Of a DNA stretch of 31,731 nt, positions 1 to 12,010 are shown one piece after another. Source of the stretch: Paramecium tetraurelia (taxonomy: Eukaryota); contig CT868041.1 in assembly GCA_000165425.1 (NCBI GenBank), forward strand, positions 620,001 to 651,731. Reading direction: 5' to 3'. Each line of letters begins with the position of its first letter. Position 1 is the first letter of the stretch. The notes beneath the pieces are model-generated. The model did no database searches, was not told where the DNA came from, and worked only from the letters and a program-made list of their open reading frames with translations. The translations under genes and the position numbers were made by a program.

Positions 1-21
1 TAAATATAATTATTTAATAAT

Positions 22-1333
22 TCATATATATTGAACATCTATTGCCTTGCTTAATCTTTGGTAATCGCCTGTAAATGTGACTTCAAATTCTTAATTTTCT
101 GAAGTTCTTTTGTTATACATTTCAATTTCATGCACTTTTGATATAAATCTATATTAAATAATTCAAATTAAATACCCAAATTTCTTTGGTTTTATTAATC
201 TAAAATCATGTTAGAATGCTTTCCAATTATCTGTTAATACTTAGCCAAGCGTTCCAACTTTATTTTCATCTTCAGATATAAAATCTCTGTAAGCAAAGGC
301 AAAAATACTTGCAAGAGTCATGCAAAGCATTTCTACACAAACTAGAGTGTTCTTGTTAATTATTTTTGATTATTTACTTCTATGGCACTTATGATTGTAG
401 CACTGCTATATTTTGCTTCATCTGGTTCAAAACAGCTTGAAATTTCTTCTTCAAAAATTGATAGGGTTAACGATTACCAGAAGGTAAAAAATAACGTTAC
501 TTTTATAATCAAGAATTTGAGTAATGGTCTATAGAATTAATATAAATTTGTACTTGTATGGTTGTAAAGGATGCTTTAGTGCATAATAAAACAAAATTAG
601 GTAATAGAGTGAGAATGTTTCACTCGTTATGATGATAAATTCAAAGCTTGACATCAATCTTTACTTTAAATATGAAATATAAAAATACTGCGTATAACTT
701 ATGATGAAATGGGTGCAAAACTATGATTAAAATAGTGAGAACAGGTTTCACAACACAATACTAAAGAACAAATTTCTTGCATCTATAAGTGAAATACTTA
801 GCTTTAGCCTTCCTAATGAATTAAATTAATATTATACGTAGTTAATAGGTATCTTTCAGTACAGTAATTAACCGGCCACAAATGATGTATTTCTTTTTCA
901 TGTTCAATCATTGTTTGATAAACGCGATCATCGTATAATTGTTTATCCTCTGGATTATATGCCATATAAGAGAACATAAGGTAGAAAAATGTGAACAACA
1001 GAAAAGCCAAATAAATATCACGAACCAATTCGAAATAGGATGCTAAACCCTGTTTACTACTATATTTGAATTTATTCTTACATGAAATTCCATCGACATT
1101 ATTGAAATTAATCCATAAAAAGGTGCCATCATGAGTATAACTAATAGTATAAAGATTATTTTGGTACTTATGATTTTACTTTGAAAAAAGGGCATATTGA
1201 AATTCATTAGGTGTCTAATAATTAAATACAATGATATCATTAAAGAGATCACCACACATCCTATAGACAGCAATAACCCATCGGTCAGGAGGGTTTCTAT
1301 ACAATCTTCATCACATTTATAAGGGCAAATCAT
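22..1333 (-). CDS. TMEM184: TMEM184 / organic solute transporter OSTalpha-family membrane protein (multi-exon)
   Basis: Ciliate-code translation from ATG 1333 to TGA 24-22 (...DVQYI*). Family motifs: HLMNFNMPFFQSKIIIILMMAPFY, VRDIYLAFLLFTFF, PLLKFLIIKVTLFFTFWQ, ENTLVCVEML...AFAY. Several tiny GT-AG introns (e.g. 1141-1167). Confidence 0.92.
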
Positions 1334-1592
1334 TAAAATTAAATATAATTATAAATATACTTTTCTAATTTTAGAATAACCGATTTCATTTTTAAATCCA
1401 TTTCATATAGCTCTGAGAAGTCACCTTTAAAATATTCATAACAGCAAAAATAAAAAAATATTTGAAAAATTTGTTTCTGTTTTATTTTCTAAGTTTCTGA
1501 TTGTATTTATCTTCTTAATTCTTTCTACATTAGAAAAGAAGAATATAAGTACATATTCTTATATAGCAATACATATAAAATTAATATTGTGT

Positions 1593-3071
1593 TCAGTCAT
1601 GTAGTATAAATCTATCTTTGTTTGGCTATTAGTTTTAATCTCCTTCAAATAGTTTTGATGCCACTTGAACGATTTCTAAAATAGATTAATAAACTAATTT
1701 ACTTTTTGTAGACAAATTGGGTGCTAATTTTTACTAATCATCCGTAAATAATAAATGAAGTTTCTATTTTCTGAATGGGGAATCAGGAGCGTTTTACATA
1801 AAATTGGTTCTATTTGTTAAGGCTGAAGTAGTCTTAATTGGATAAGTGTCTAATCTTCCAGGAGATGAGACAAATGAATGAGAATAATTATGAATCATTT
1901 TCTATTAACTTTAACTATAGAAGTTCAATTTCTCATTCAATTACTAATTCAGATTTCTCAATTAATTGTAATCATAAATAATTTTATGATTCTGCTATTT
2001 TTGCCCCTCTAATTCCTTAATCAGTGTTTATACTTATTATTGCAAAATCTACTAATTCTAATTATTAGCAAAATTATTTGAGGCAATTGCAGTTTAAATT
2101 TATTTAGCATTCTATGAGAGTTCTTCTTATTATTATTCAAGAACTTTAATTTGATGTTCTTTCTATTTTAACATTGACTAAAGATCCTAAATTATTTTTT
2201 GTTATTCTTCATCATTCTTTTATTAGACCTTTGACTTGTGCTGACAATTATTTTATTGACATTTTTCAACTTATTATTTCAACTAATGTACTTAAATCTG
2301 CAAGGCTTTCCTCTCAAAATCAGAGGAATGGGATTTCTATTTAGAATTATGTTATCTCATATCGGTGATATCTTGATCATAACTTTCTTGTAATTTATTG
2401 TAGGCTTCATTTCGTTAGTTTAATAATTTTGTTAGATTCTCTAACTAAACCAACCTTTCCTCAAGTAACTTATTGAGTTTATTGTTTTGTTCTTTAAGCT
2501 AACTGATTTGTATTTCATTCATCTTTTGGTGAGATGATAGATGATCTTGTGTATCCTGATTACTTAGTGTTATTACTTTTTAGTTATATTCAAATTATTT
2601 TTATTATTAGTATTACTCTTGTAATTATATCTCTAAGTCATTAACTACTTAAACTGTTTCTTCTAAACGTTATTTTAATTATTCATAGTCATTTTATGAT
2701 CTTTACAAATTTTCAATATATTTGTTCTATTCATCCAATTAATATTATAATTTAGTTATTGTTCTTCTTAAACACTCATTATCCACAATCAGTTTTTCCT
2801 TTTATATTTTCAGTTTACTCATTTCCTCTGATGATTATTCAAATTCTATTTTTTTACTCCTTTGACTCTTAATACTTTGGATTCCACTTGTAGCTAACGA
2901 CTCGTATTCTTGTCTTAAATGTTCCAATTATTATATCAGCTTATCATTTTGTTAAAGCAGCTTTTAATTTTCTGTTACTAAATTGCTAACTTGTGACTCA
3001 TTAAGTGGTTTATCTCTTCCCTTTGGATTACAAGAAAAGCTTGATCTACTTGAAAGTGGTTATTTTCTCAT
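1593..3071 (-). CDS. Hypothetical coiled-coil protein (Q/E/K/L-rich)
   Basis: MRKQPLSSRSSFSC...NQKLLQQNDKLIQQLEHLRQEYE...; heptad-like composition; a tiny intron near 1676-1702; ends ...DRFILHD* (TGA 1595-1593). Start codon inferred; middle not checked codon by codon. Confidence 0.75.
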
Positions 3072-3900
3072 TATAATTATATCAGTTAAATAATAAATTA
3101 TGATAATATCTAAAAATTATTAACTTACTAAATTATTGAATATTGTTCATGGTACCCAATTATACAGATTTGAGTATGATTTCTACATAATTATAAAAGA
3201 GAACATTAATAACTATATAAAAATATCTATTTATCAAGATTTTCACAACTAAAATTAAATTGAAAGAGAATATTGAAAAATGAACATAAGCAATTAATAA
3301 GAATTAGTTTGTAATAAATATAATTTTAAAATCATAATATGTTGCTCGAAATGTTTCATAAATAATTTAATTAAATTCTTTTGGAAAAATCAAATATAAA
3401 AATGAACTTATTCTAAATTGATTATATATGATAATACAAAGAATTCTATTCAATTTATTAAAATGTATTTTCGTAAAGAATCAATAATAATTTTTTTATA
3501 AAAAAGTTAAAGCTCAAATTATCAACACAGTATTTATGATAGTTTTATTTTTTTTAAAGTAATCAGAGGAGAATGTTATTAAGTGAGATTTTACACAGAT
3601 ATTGCTTTGTAAATTGATTACACAATTCTTTAAAAGAAATGAATCAATTATTTATAAATTAAAATGTAACAATAATTAGTCAATATAATAGATCGTTTAA
3701 GTTATAATATTCTTTTTAGCTATCATGGTATTTAATAAATTTGATTATTAAATAATAACTTTTGTAAAATTAAAACCTTGAGTAGATAATTAGAAATAAC
3801 AGGAGATGAAATTAACACTAATTATATTAAACAAAATCTTTAAATTGAGAACAATATACTTAAAGTAATAATAAATTATTTTGGTTTTTTAATAAAAATA

Positions 3901-4387
3901 ATGTCTTTGAATTCTTGTGAATAATAACTGGATTTAGATGATTCTTGTGAATCTCCTTTCTCATAATCACCTAAATCCAAAAGAATAAAGAAGTTTGAAT
4001 TGATTTCCCCTAAAAAAAATGTTGGCCATTGGACGAAGGAAGAACATGAAAAATATTTGTACTTCCTAGAGGATCATTCTGACATAAAGAAAAATAATAA
4101 AATATTCAAGTCAATGAGCGAGGTTATTGGAACTCGATCACCCAGTCAATGCAGGTATTATCTATATTTACATTAGATCACATCACTAAAAGTTTAACCC
4201 CTAATCGCCATTAGTTCAGAGAAAGACTTAAAAAGTGTAAAAACAAACTTAGTCAACTTTATAAGACGATTTAAACTTGTAAATGGATGAAGAATCTCTC
4301 AATAGAAATATGGTCCAACTTATGATCTATGATGAAGATGATTAAGTCTACTAAACTCCATAATTTAATTTAGATGATTTCTTTTGA
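3901..4387 (+). CDS. Single-repeat MYB/SANT transcription factor, SHAQKYF class
   Basis: GHWTKEEHEKYLYFLE...IFKSMSEVIGTRSPSQCR^SHHQKFNP across a 22-nt intron (4155-4176); TGA 4385-4387. Confidence 0.9.
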
Positions 4388-4606
4388 ATTTATTTCATGC
4401 AAAAAACATGTACAAGTTGTTTAAAATAGCTTGCAATATAATATAATATATAATTTATACATAAAATTTAATCAAGAAATGCTATTATTTACGCATCACT
4501 TTAATTAAAACCCATAATGATGATCTAAATTGTATTTTAATTGGTATAGAGTAACAGAAAAAAGCAACAACGTTATAAATTACACATAATCAAATATATT
4601 TAGACA

Positions 4607-4689
4607 TCAGCCGTTCTTAATTATTACTCATCATTCTTTAATCGCAATTTGTAAACAAAGGCATAACATATAATTTGCTTTATCATCAG
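4607..4689 (-). ncRNA. Candidate box C/D snoRNA with a guide complementary to 18S rRNA helix 34
   Basis: Intergenic, minus strand, 83 nt: box C-like CTGATGA (4689-4683), possible D' GCGA, C' ATGATGA (4634-4628), guide AATTAAGAACGG directly before box D CTGA (4610-4607). The guide pairs with the conserved 18S sequence CCGUUCUUAGUU (one G-U). Terminal stem is weak. Confidence 0.5.
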
Positions 4690-4934
4690 TTTTGGTGTGA
4701 ATTGGATATATTATATATAGTTCCTTTATTTACTTAAGTAAAGGGGTAATCTTTATTATAATAATGGATTCTAAATTAGATATGTAAATATTTAATAAAT
4801 ATAATTTTAATTCTAAATCAGTCCTCAATTGATTTATGAATACGTGTCAAAGTAATAGTGAATTTATGAAATTTAATGGGTGTTATAAGATAATTAGAGG
4901 ATAATATTAGTTTGATATTTTTTGATATTAATCG

Positions 4935-6454
4935 ATGGTGTTAACAGAACTTGGATAATCAATTAAAGGAGTTCTTAATAAATTAAATTAACCTTAACAA
5001 ATTAATGAAGTAGTTGTTGATTAAATTCTAAATGAAATATCTATTGCCTTATAGAAAACAGATGTAAATGAGAGTTTAATATAAGAGTTGAGAGAAAATA
5101 TTAGATTGGAGTTCAAATTACACTTATTAGAATTTATAAATCTCTAACGACTTCTTTAAAAATCAATAATTGAAGAATTGACAAAATTACTTTAAAATGA
5201 TATTATGTCATTTCAACCAAAGAAAGGTATATTATACTTTGAATTAAAGGATAACCTAATGTTATGATGCTTATAGGTTTAAAAGGATCTGGTAAAACGA
5301 GTACTTGCTTTAAATATGCGTACTACTTTTAAAAAAGAGGATGGAAGGTTGGGATTATTTGTGCTGGTTCATCTTAATTATAAGAGATAGATTGGGTAAA
5401 ACAGTAAGCTAAAAAGATTAAAGTTCTATTCTATGGGTAATTTCAAATAAAATATAAAGTTCTTATTTTGAATCAGATCCAGTTAACGCTACCTAGGATG
5501 GAGTTTAAATTTTCAAAAAGGAGGGAATTGATATAATACTTATAGACACGGTAGGAAAGTATGAAAAAGAAACTGATTTATGTAAAGAAATGAAATAAAT
5601 GGAGTACATGATATAACCAGATAATATTATTTTTGTGATGGATTCATCAATTGGATAAATTTGTTAAGATTAAGTATTTGTTTTCAAAAGTGCTTTTAAT
5701 TAAGGATCAATAATAATTACAAAAGTGGATCGTCATTCAAAAGGTGGAGGTGCGATTTCTGCTGTTGTAGCTACCAACACGCCTATTGACTTTATATGTA
5801 ATGGAGAAGGTCATGAAGATTTATTAGAATTTTAATCTTCATAGTTTATTAGCAAACTATTAGGATTTGAAGATCTTAAGGGGTTACTAAATAAATTAAA
5901 CAGCTTTGTTTCAATTGGACCTAAGGAAAAATAGTTTACATTAAGAGATTTGGAATCAGAAGTAAAAAAACTGTTAAAATTTGGATCAATTAATTATTTC
6001 TTTTCGAAATGCTTGATGGGAATTCCAAGTATTAATGTAAATGAAAAAGAGTAAACATAGTAGATGAAAAGATATCTTTATATTTTGAATTCAATGACAT
6101 CAAAAGAATTAGATGGACAAGGTATTTCATTATAGTAAGTGTTGTAGTAACTTTATCGAATTCTAGAATTATTCGAATAGCTAAAGGTTCAGGGACAACA
6201 ATTGAACAAGTCAATAATTTATTAAAAATCTATAAATCATTCATAAAAACCTCACACACTCCTCCTAAACACAATTTTAAAGAATTAAGTATAATTGAGT
6301 AGTGATTTTAGCGAACAAAGAATTTTCATCAAAATTATTAGAAGATATGTCGAAAGATCCAAACATACTTTAAAAATTGGGTGATTTCAAAAGTATATAA
6401 GACATGATGAAATAATTGGGAAATATATAAAATAATAACATATGTCGGAAGTGA
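4935..6454 (+). CDS. SRP54: Signal recognition particle 54 kDa protein, divergent paralog (N, G and M domains)
   Basis: MVLTELGQSI...; [70 protein letters not shown]. Introns 5227-5249, 5437-5459, 6122-6147, 6289-6311; TGA 6452-6454. Confidence 0.93.
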
Positions 6455-6491
6455 ATACAGAATAGATGTTTATCTCATTATTATTATACAA

Positions 6492-7087
6492 TCAAACTAA
6501 CACATATCCTTGTTCTTGCTTTTTCTTTCTCTTCATTAGGAATAAACCAGCAACTATTAAAACAATCAAAAACACGTAATAATTGAAGTAACTCTCTTTT
6601 TTTCTGCATGCCATAGGATGCGTTGTCTAAAGCATAATATTGCATGGGGAATCTGTCATTATTTATTTAAATGGTGTTTCATCTCCGCATTATATCTAAA
6701 ACTAAACAGAGTATTGTAAGGTTTCTCCACATAAATCACCTATCATCATTCAATACTCCATACCATTTTTATATTTTAGATTTAAACCAAAACTATCATA
6801 CCAAATATCTGATTCAGATCTTAAGCCTATTGTGTAGCATTTATTATGAAATAATTAAAACGCAGCAACCCTTAATACTCAACATTCTTTACCTCTCTGT
6901 GATTGCATTAAACACCATATGTACAAAAATTAAATTCGAATGACATTGCCCCACTAAATGAAGTCACTTTATAATTGTCTTTCTTTTTCAGATGATTGAT
7001 ATCAAAATGAAACCCGTCTGGATCTGTCCATTTGCAGTTATCGGGAATAAGCCCTTATACAATTCCAATCAAATAAAAAAATATCAT
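6492..7087 (-). CDS. Type I membrane protein with a mannose-6-phosphate receptor homology (MRH; ATG27/CD-MPR-like) domain and C-terminal GYxxPhi motif
   Basis: Signal peptide MIFFYLIGIVQG; CKWTDPDGFHFDINHL; FEFNFC; AAFQ...CYTIG; LKYKNGDLC; FQIQCG; PCNIMLQTTHPMAC; TM YYVFLIVLIVAGLFLM; tail KRKKKQEQGYVLV*. Two introns; the first (6871-6892) leaves a 1-nt frame problem. Confidence 0.8.
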
Positions 7088-7528
7088 TAATTATGGAAAA
7101 TCAAGTTTTTATATTATAAGTCGAAATAGCATAATTTACAAAATTTCCTTATTTGCAAAATAAAACCTCAAAATTCATATAAAAAGTAAACTATAAAGTA
7201 ATATAGAAGTATGAAACATGTAATTAGTGTTGTTAAATAAATAACCGTCTAGGATTGAGTTATCAAATCACTAATTATATGTTGATAAAATTTGTATTCG
7301 TTTTCTTGATTGAAGAGTTATTTCACAAATTTCGTCTAATATTAAAGGTAGTTTTGGTTTATAAAAATATCTTTATTAGAACTTTGATATAGATCAACAA
7401 TATGAGAAGCTTAATAGAAGAAAAATCTCGTTGGTTTTATAAGATCATAGATTTAAAAACAAATTTGATATATAGTTATAATTTTGATGAAGGATTAGTA
7501 AACTAAATAACTCAATCAAATGTTCATT

Positions 7529-8086
7529 TCAATAAGGAGACTAATTGGAAATTATGCTATCGATTTCTTCACATTCGTATTATTTTGACTTTTTAAATAC
7601 TTTTCTTTCTAATTTTGTATATGAAATGGCTTATAAACTGGAAATACTTTAATTGGTGCTTGCAAAACTCACCTGAGTCTTTCTTCTCTCAAGTAGTGAA
7701 TTTACCTTTAATGACAATTAAGATGATTTGATGGTTGAATCTGGTGTATTGTCTGAAAAATCTCTTTCTATCTCCAGAGTAGTATATGCTCTTCTTTTAT
7801 TATTATTCCTTAAGTTAGAATAGTAACGATCTTATTTAGCTTTTGGATCTGTTTTCATTTTAATATTCATTGAACTTAAATAGTCAACTATTGACAACTC
7901 AATTTAGAGACTTTTTTTTTTAAATTCATTCACTTCCTGACATTCTCTTATACTCAATTCTATTGACCTTCCTGAATGGCCTCCGTAGAAATCTTCTTCA
8001 TCATTCATTTATATGCTCGATTAAGATATTCTAGAAAGATTAAGTCCTCTAATACTAACTGGCTATTACTATTATTCAACTTCCAT
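7529..8086 (-). CDS. Hypothetical protein (~185 aa, S/K/E-rich, probably disordered)
   Basis: Continuous ciliate-code frame MEVEQQQQPVSIRGLNLSRISQSS...SNQSPY* (TGA 7531-7529); no recognisable domain. Confidence 0.7.
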
Positions 8087-9357
8087 ATAAATATTTTATT
8101 AATGTTTTGATGCTTTTAATGATATCAGAAAATATCTATCATAACTTGAATAACTTAATATTAAAGAAAAGATATTACTTTTCTAAAATTTAATCGTAAT
8201 CATTGATAAATTACGAGATTTAAGGTTTAATTAATTTGCCAACAAACTCATACCATTCTCCCTACTGTTTAACGAATTCAAATATTTTATTTTGATTTAA
8301 AACAATGAGTGATTAAGTTATTCAGTGAAATCAAATATTTAATTACTTGTTTAAATTTCATCATCTCTCTATAAAAAAAAAGCATGACAAAATTACTTTT
8401 GTTACATATTGTTATTATTAATTAATTTTGATTTTAGCTCCTTTCTAAAATAAGGAATAAAATTACTATTTCACCTTGTGTAAGTACTTAAAACCAAAGA
8501 CAATTTATGAAATAATTTAAGCAATTGCTTTTTCGATCATATATTTAAATCAAGCTTTCAAATTGACTGAACCTTATGACAATAATCGTACTAATCGAGC
8601 TAATACTAAAAATATCATGAAGCAACTTACGAATTCAAGCTATTAAAAATAGCCTGAGAAACAAAACCGATAAACGTAATTGAATTTATAAATTTAGTTC
8701 ACTATTTTTAATTATTTCAAACTATATTAAATTTAAAAAACTCAGAATATTTGCATTTTTAAGCTTTTTAAATTAGAAAGAATGATGATTATAATAGAAC
8801 CTAATTTTGAGCTGATAACTTATTTAGGTAATATCAAATTTGGCATCAAATTAAGTTATTTTTTAAAAAATGGGGCAGTAAAAAAATATATAGAATTTAA
8901 AAATTTTTCCAATGAAATCAATTGGTCTTGGGATAGCGTTATTAAAATTCTTTAACAAAAGATAGTAAAAATTTAATAGTAGCAGAAGAAGTATAAATGA
9001 AACAAAATATATAATTATTCCGGATTATCTATTACCTCAAATTCAGGTTTAATTATTATTTGCAAGCCTTATTAATTATAAATATAAATCTATGTAAGCT
9101 TAATCTCATATAATTAAGAGTGTCAAACAGTATATATGATTGTTCTCTATTTTTCTTCAATTTTTTCAAGTTGTAACTGTTTGTTGACAATTAATACCAA
9201 AATAATTTGAGTATTAATTGCCTGGGGGTATTCTTTGAATAATTGATTTATTTATCATTACTTTATTTATTTGAATTAATTAATATAAGAAAGTAACAAT
9301 CAAAAATGTAATTTTTGCACTACTTTAATAATTACATTAATTATTTACTTATTTGAA

Positions 9358-10482
9358 ATGAAGAAGATAATAAAATACTTTAAGGATTTTTAGTCCTAGA
9401 CTGAGTTTGAGATTGTATTTAGATATTCAATAATAGGTATTGAGAAGAATTTTAGAGAGTTCTAAAGTACAACTAGTAAATGAACTAAAATACTAAGTTC
9501 TATAGGAGGGATTCAACGGATAAATAGAAGAATTACATGTTCAACAATCCTTTAAGATTTTATATAAACATTTTAAATCATGCAGGAATGATGTTGCTTC
9601 CCTCAAAATATTAATAATTATTCACAGACTTCTATTGTCATGTAGGGATTTTGCTGACCATATTGATTTAGATTAGGTTTTATCCTATTACAGACAGCCA
9701 ATTTAATAACTCCCTATTTTACAATAATTATATTAGAATTTAATTTTTTAATATCGAGACTATCTGAAAGGGATTGCAGAAAGAAACCAATATTTTTTGT
9801 TGTGCTCAGGGAAAATTAATGACTTTTATCAAATGGATTTCAAAAATTAATTAGCATCATAAATTGTAATTGTTTGTTTATTGAAGAAACTTAAATTAGT
9901 AAAATATTCCTCATAATTTAGTTTATTCCATATATTGAGAATATTTTAGTAAAAAAATCAAACAGTTTAATATAAAATCTTATAATGTTGATACTAAATG
10001 ATGCTAAGAATTTATATGAATTTATAGCGTAATTTTGTTTTATAAAATCAATGTGGCTTGTGAAATTTTTACTAATTTAGATCGTATCCTGGAACCGTCT
10101 CCAGATAACACCGCAAATATGCTAATGTATTAATTGTATGTGGATTTGATATAAGTGAATTATTGGATAATTAAGTTATTTTAATTAGCAAATTTAGCAG
10201 AAATAAAAGATAAACTAGAATTTCCATAAATTTTTGAAATAAACAGTGAACAAAATAAAGAATACGAATTATATATTTAGTTAATTAGAAACAAATACGA
10301 GATGAGATCCCCCGATTCTTCTCCTAAATTTTAGGATTTGACTTAATTGAAAGTAAATAGATACTTTATATTATCAAAAGAAATAAGAAGAGTTTTAGAT
10401 AATTCTCTTAAAGCCTTAATAGCTGAACACAGTATTAGGATAATCAGAAAGACCATTAGAGTATATCGAATCAAATATGTGA
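9358..10482 (+). CDS. ANTH (AP180 N-terminal homology)-like domain protein
   Basis: VASLKILIIIHRLL matches the ANTH K-x-L-x-x-x-H-x-L-L motif; ILNDAKNLYEFIA helix follows. Introns 9415-9436, 9899-9921 and ~10353-10380; junction near 10029-10080 unresolved; TGA 10480-10482. Confidence 0.7.
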
Positions 10483-10769
10483 GAGTTGATAATTTCATTA
10501 AAGAATAAGATGTTTTTAAATAACTAAATTAATCTAATAAAAAGGTTCTATGCGTATAATAAATAATTTGTTATTTATTATTTAATCTTTCTTGATTCAA
10601 TAAAATCTATTCTTTAAAATTATTACATAAATGTCAGTTTAAATAAGTGAGTCTTAGGAATTTACTAAATTAAGGATAGCCTTATGAAATTTAATTCAAA
10701 CACTAAAAGAAATGATATTCAAATCTAAATCTCTGAAATAAATTCAATTAAATTACATACAATTTAAGA

Positions 10770-11558
10770 TCAAAATAATAAGTCTTATTTAGATTTCTTT
10801 TATTATCTTTTTGGGAACAGATTTTTAAATTTCTACATTTCTCCTAATGATTTTCTAAAACTCTCTAAATCATCTTGTAATTCATCTAAAAGGATTAGAT
10901 TGTTTGTGTTTTTCTATAACAAATACTCCCGATTTCTTGGAATAGGAGATGGTGGAATCAAAGAAAATTAATTTATCCCCTTTTTTTTTCTTTTTGAGTT
11001 TAACTGTCTTGAGGGAGTAAATTCTGGATTTCTATAAGATGACATTGGTTTTTCAGAATCTGAATATTGTTAAATTAACTTTTTCATCTATTCGGAAGAT
11101 GAAATATATTAAACCTTTACTAAATCTTAATATTAGGTGAAAAGCTTCCTATATAAAATAAAAAATAACTTCAATGGACTTGATGGTGTAGCAACGCAAT
11201 TTCTAGTTAATGTTTCTTCTTTTATTGGAGATCTTGTAATCTATTATTTCTCCTCATTTTGTTTAATTTCTTTATGTTTCTTATCTGAACTAGGAGTTAT
11301 GAATTGCGGTTTATCAACATAGCTCTCCAATCTAAAAGGATGGCGTAATGTTTTAATCGCTTTCTCAATTTATTATTCATAAACTGTTTTCTGCCTACTT
11401 TGCCGATTCCATTTATTCATCTGATATTCAACTAAATTTGAATTTTCTCCAATAAAGTATTTTACTTAGAAGGCTGGATCAATTTTTTAGAAATTGTATT
11501 GAATTTTTTCTAATATCTGTTATTTTCTAAGGCTGATAGTTCGGGATCTGTCAGTCAT
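10770..11558 (-). CDS. Hypothetical protein (basic, Ser/Pro-rich)
   Basis: MTDRSRTISLRKQQILEKIQYNF...LDELQDDLESFRKSLGEM...QDLLF* (TGA 10772-10770); no known domain recognised. Confidence 0.7.
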
Positions 11559-12010
11559 TATAAAAAGTAATTAAATAATAACTTATTTCTTATTCAGTTT
11601 GAGAAATATAGGAAAGTATTTTCATATTCATTTGTTAATATTTTTTAACAAACCTATTGGAAATGATTCATTTAATTTGAATAAACTAGAAAATATAGCA
11701 TTCTAAATAATCTTTAAATCTGAAAATCTGTTAAGCTCTAATTTACAATCTATTTATTCTTTCTATATTGAATATTAAGATAAAAAGTATATATATATAT
11801 ATAAAGTAAGATTATTAAACAGTAATTTTAATTCTAGTTAAATTACTTTACAAATTCAAGAAGAATTGTATACCTAAATTTTATAATCTAAAACTGATAA
11901 ATGATCATTCTCATAGTTTTTATTGTAGTAAATTTACCTTAAAATATTCTTTCAGACCCTATTTTATAAACATATTCAAACTTCCCTTAATTAATTATTC
12001 ATTTTAAGAA

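Noticed and set aside
3570..3790. Possible small multi-intron gene on the plus strand (several gt...ag pieces)
   Set aside because: No consistent frame or recognisable product could be assembled; such motifs are common in AT-rich DNA.
8782..8815. Second box C/D-like pair ATGATGA...CTGA
   Set aside because: Too short as a complete unit, no convincing rRNA-complementary guide next to the D box, and no second box pair.
10023..10044. TATAGCGT resembling an IES end (TAYAGYNR) at the ANTH frame change
   Set aside because: The frame-restoring TA-TA excision would be 20 bp, below the ~26-bp minimum for Paramecium IESs, and there is no matching opposite end.
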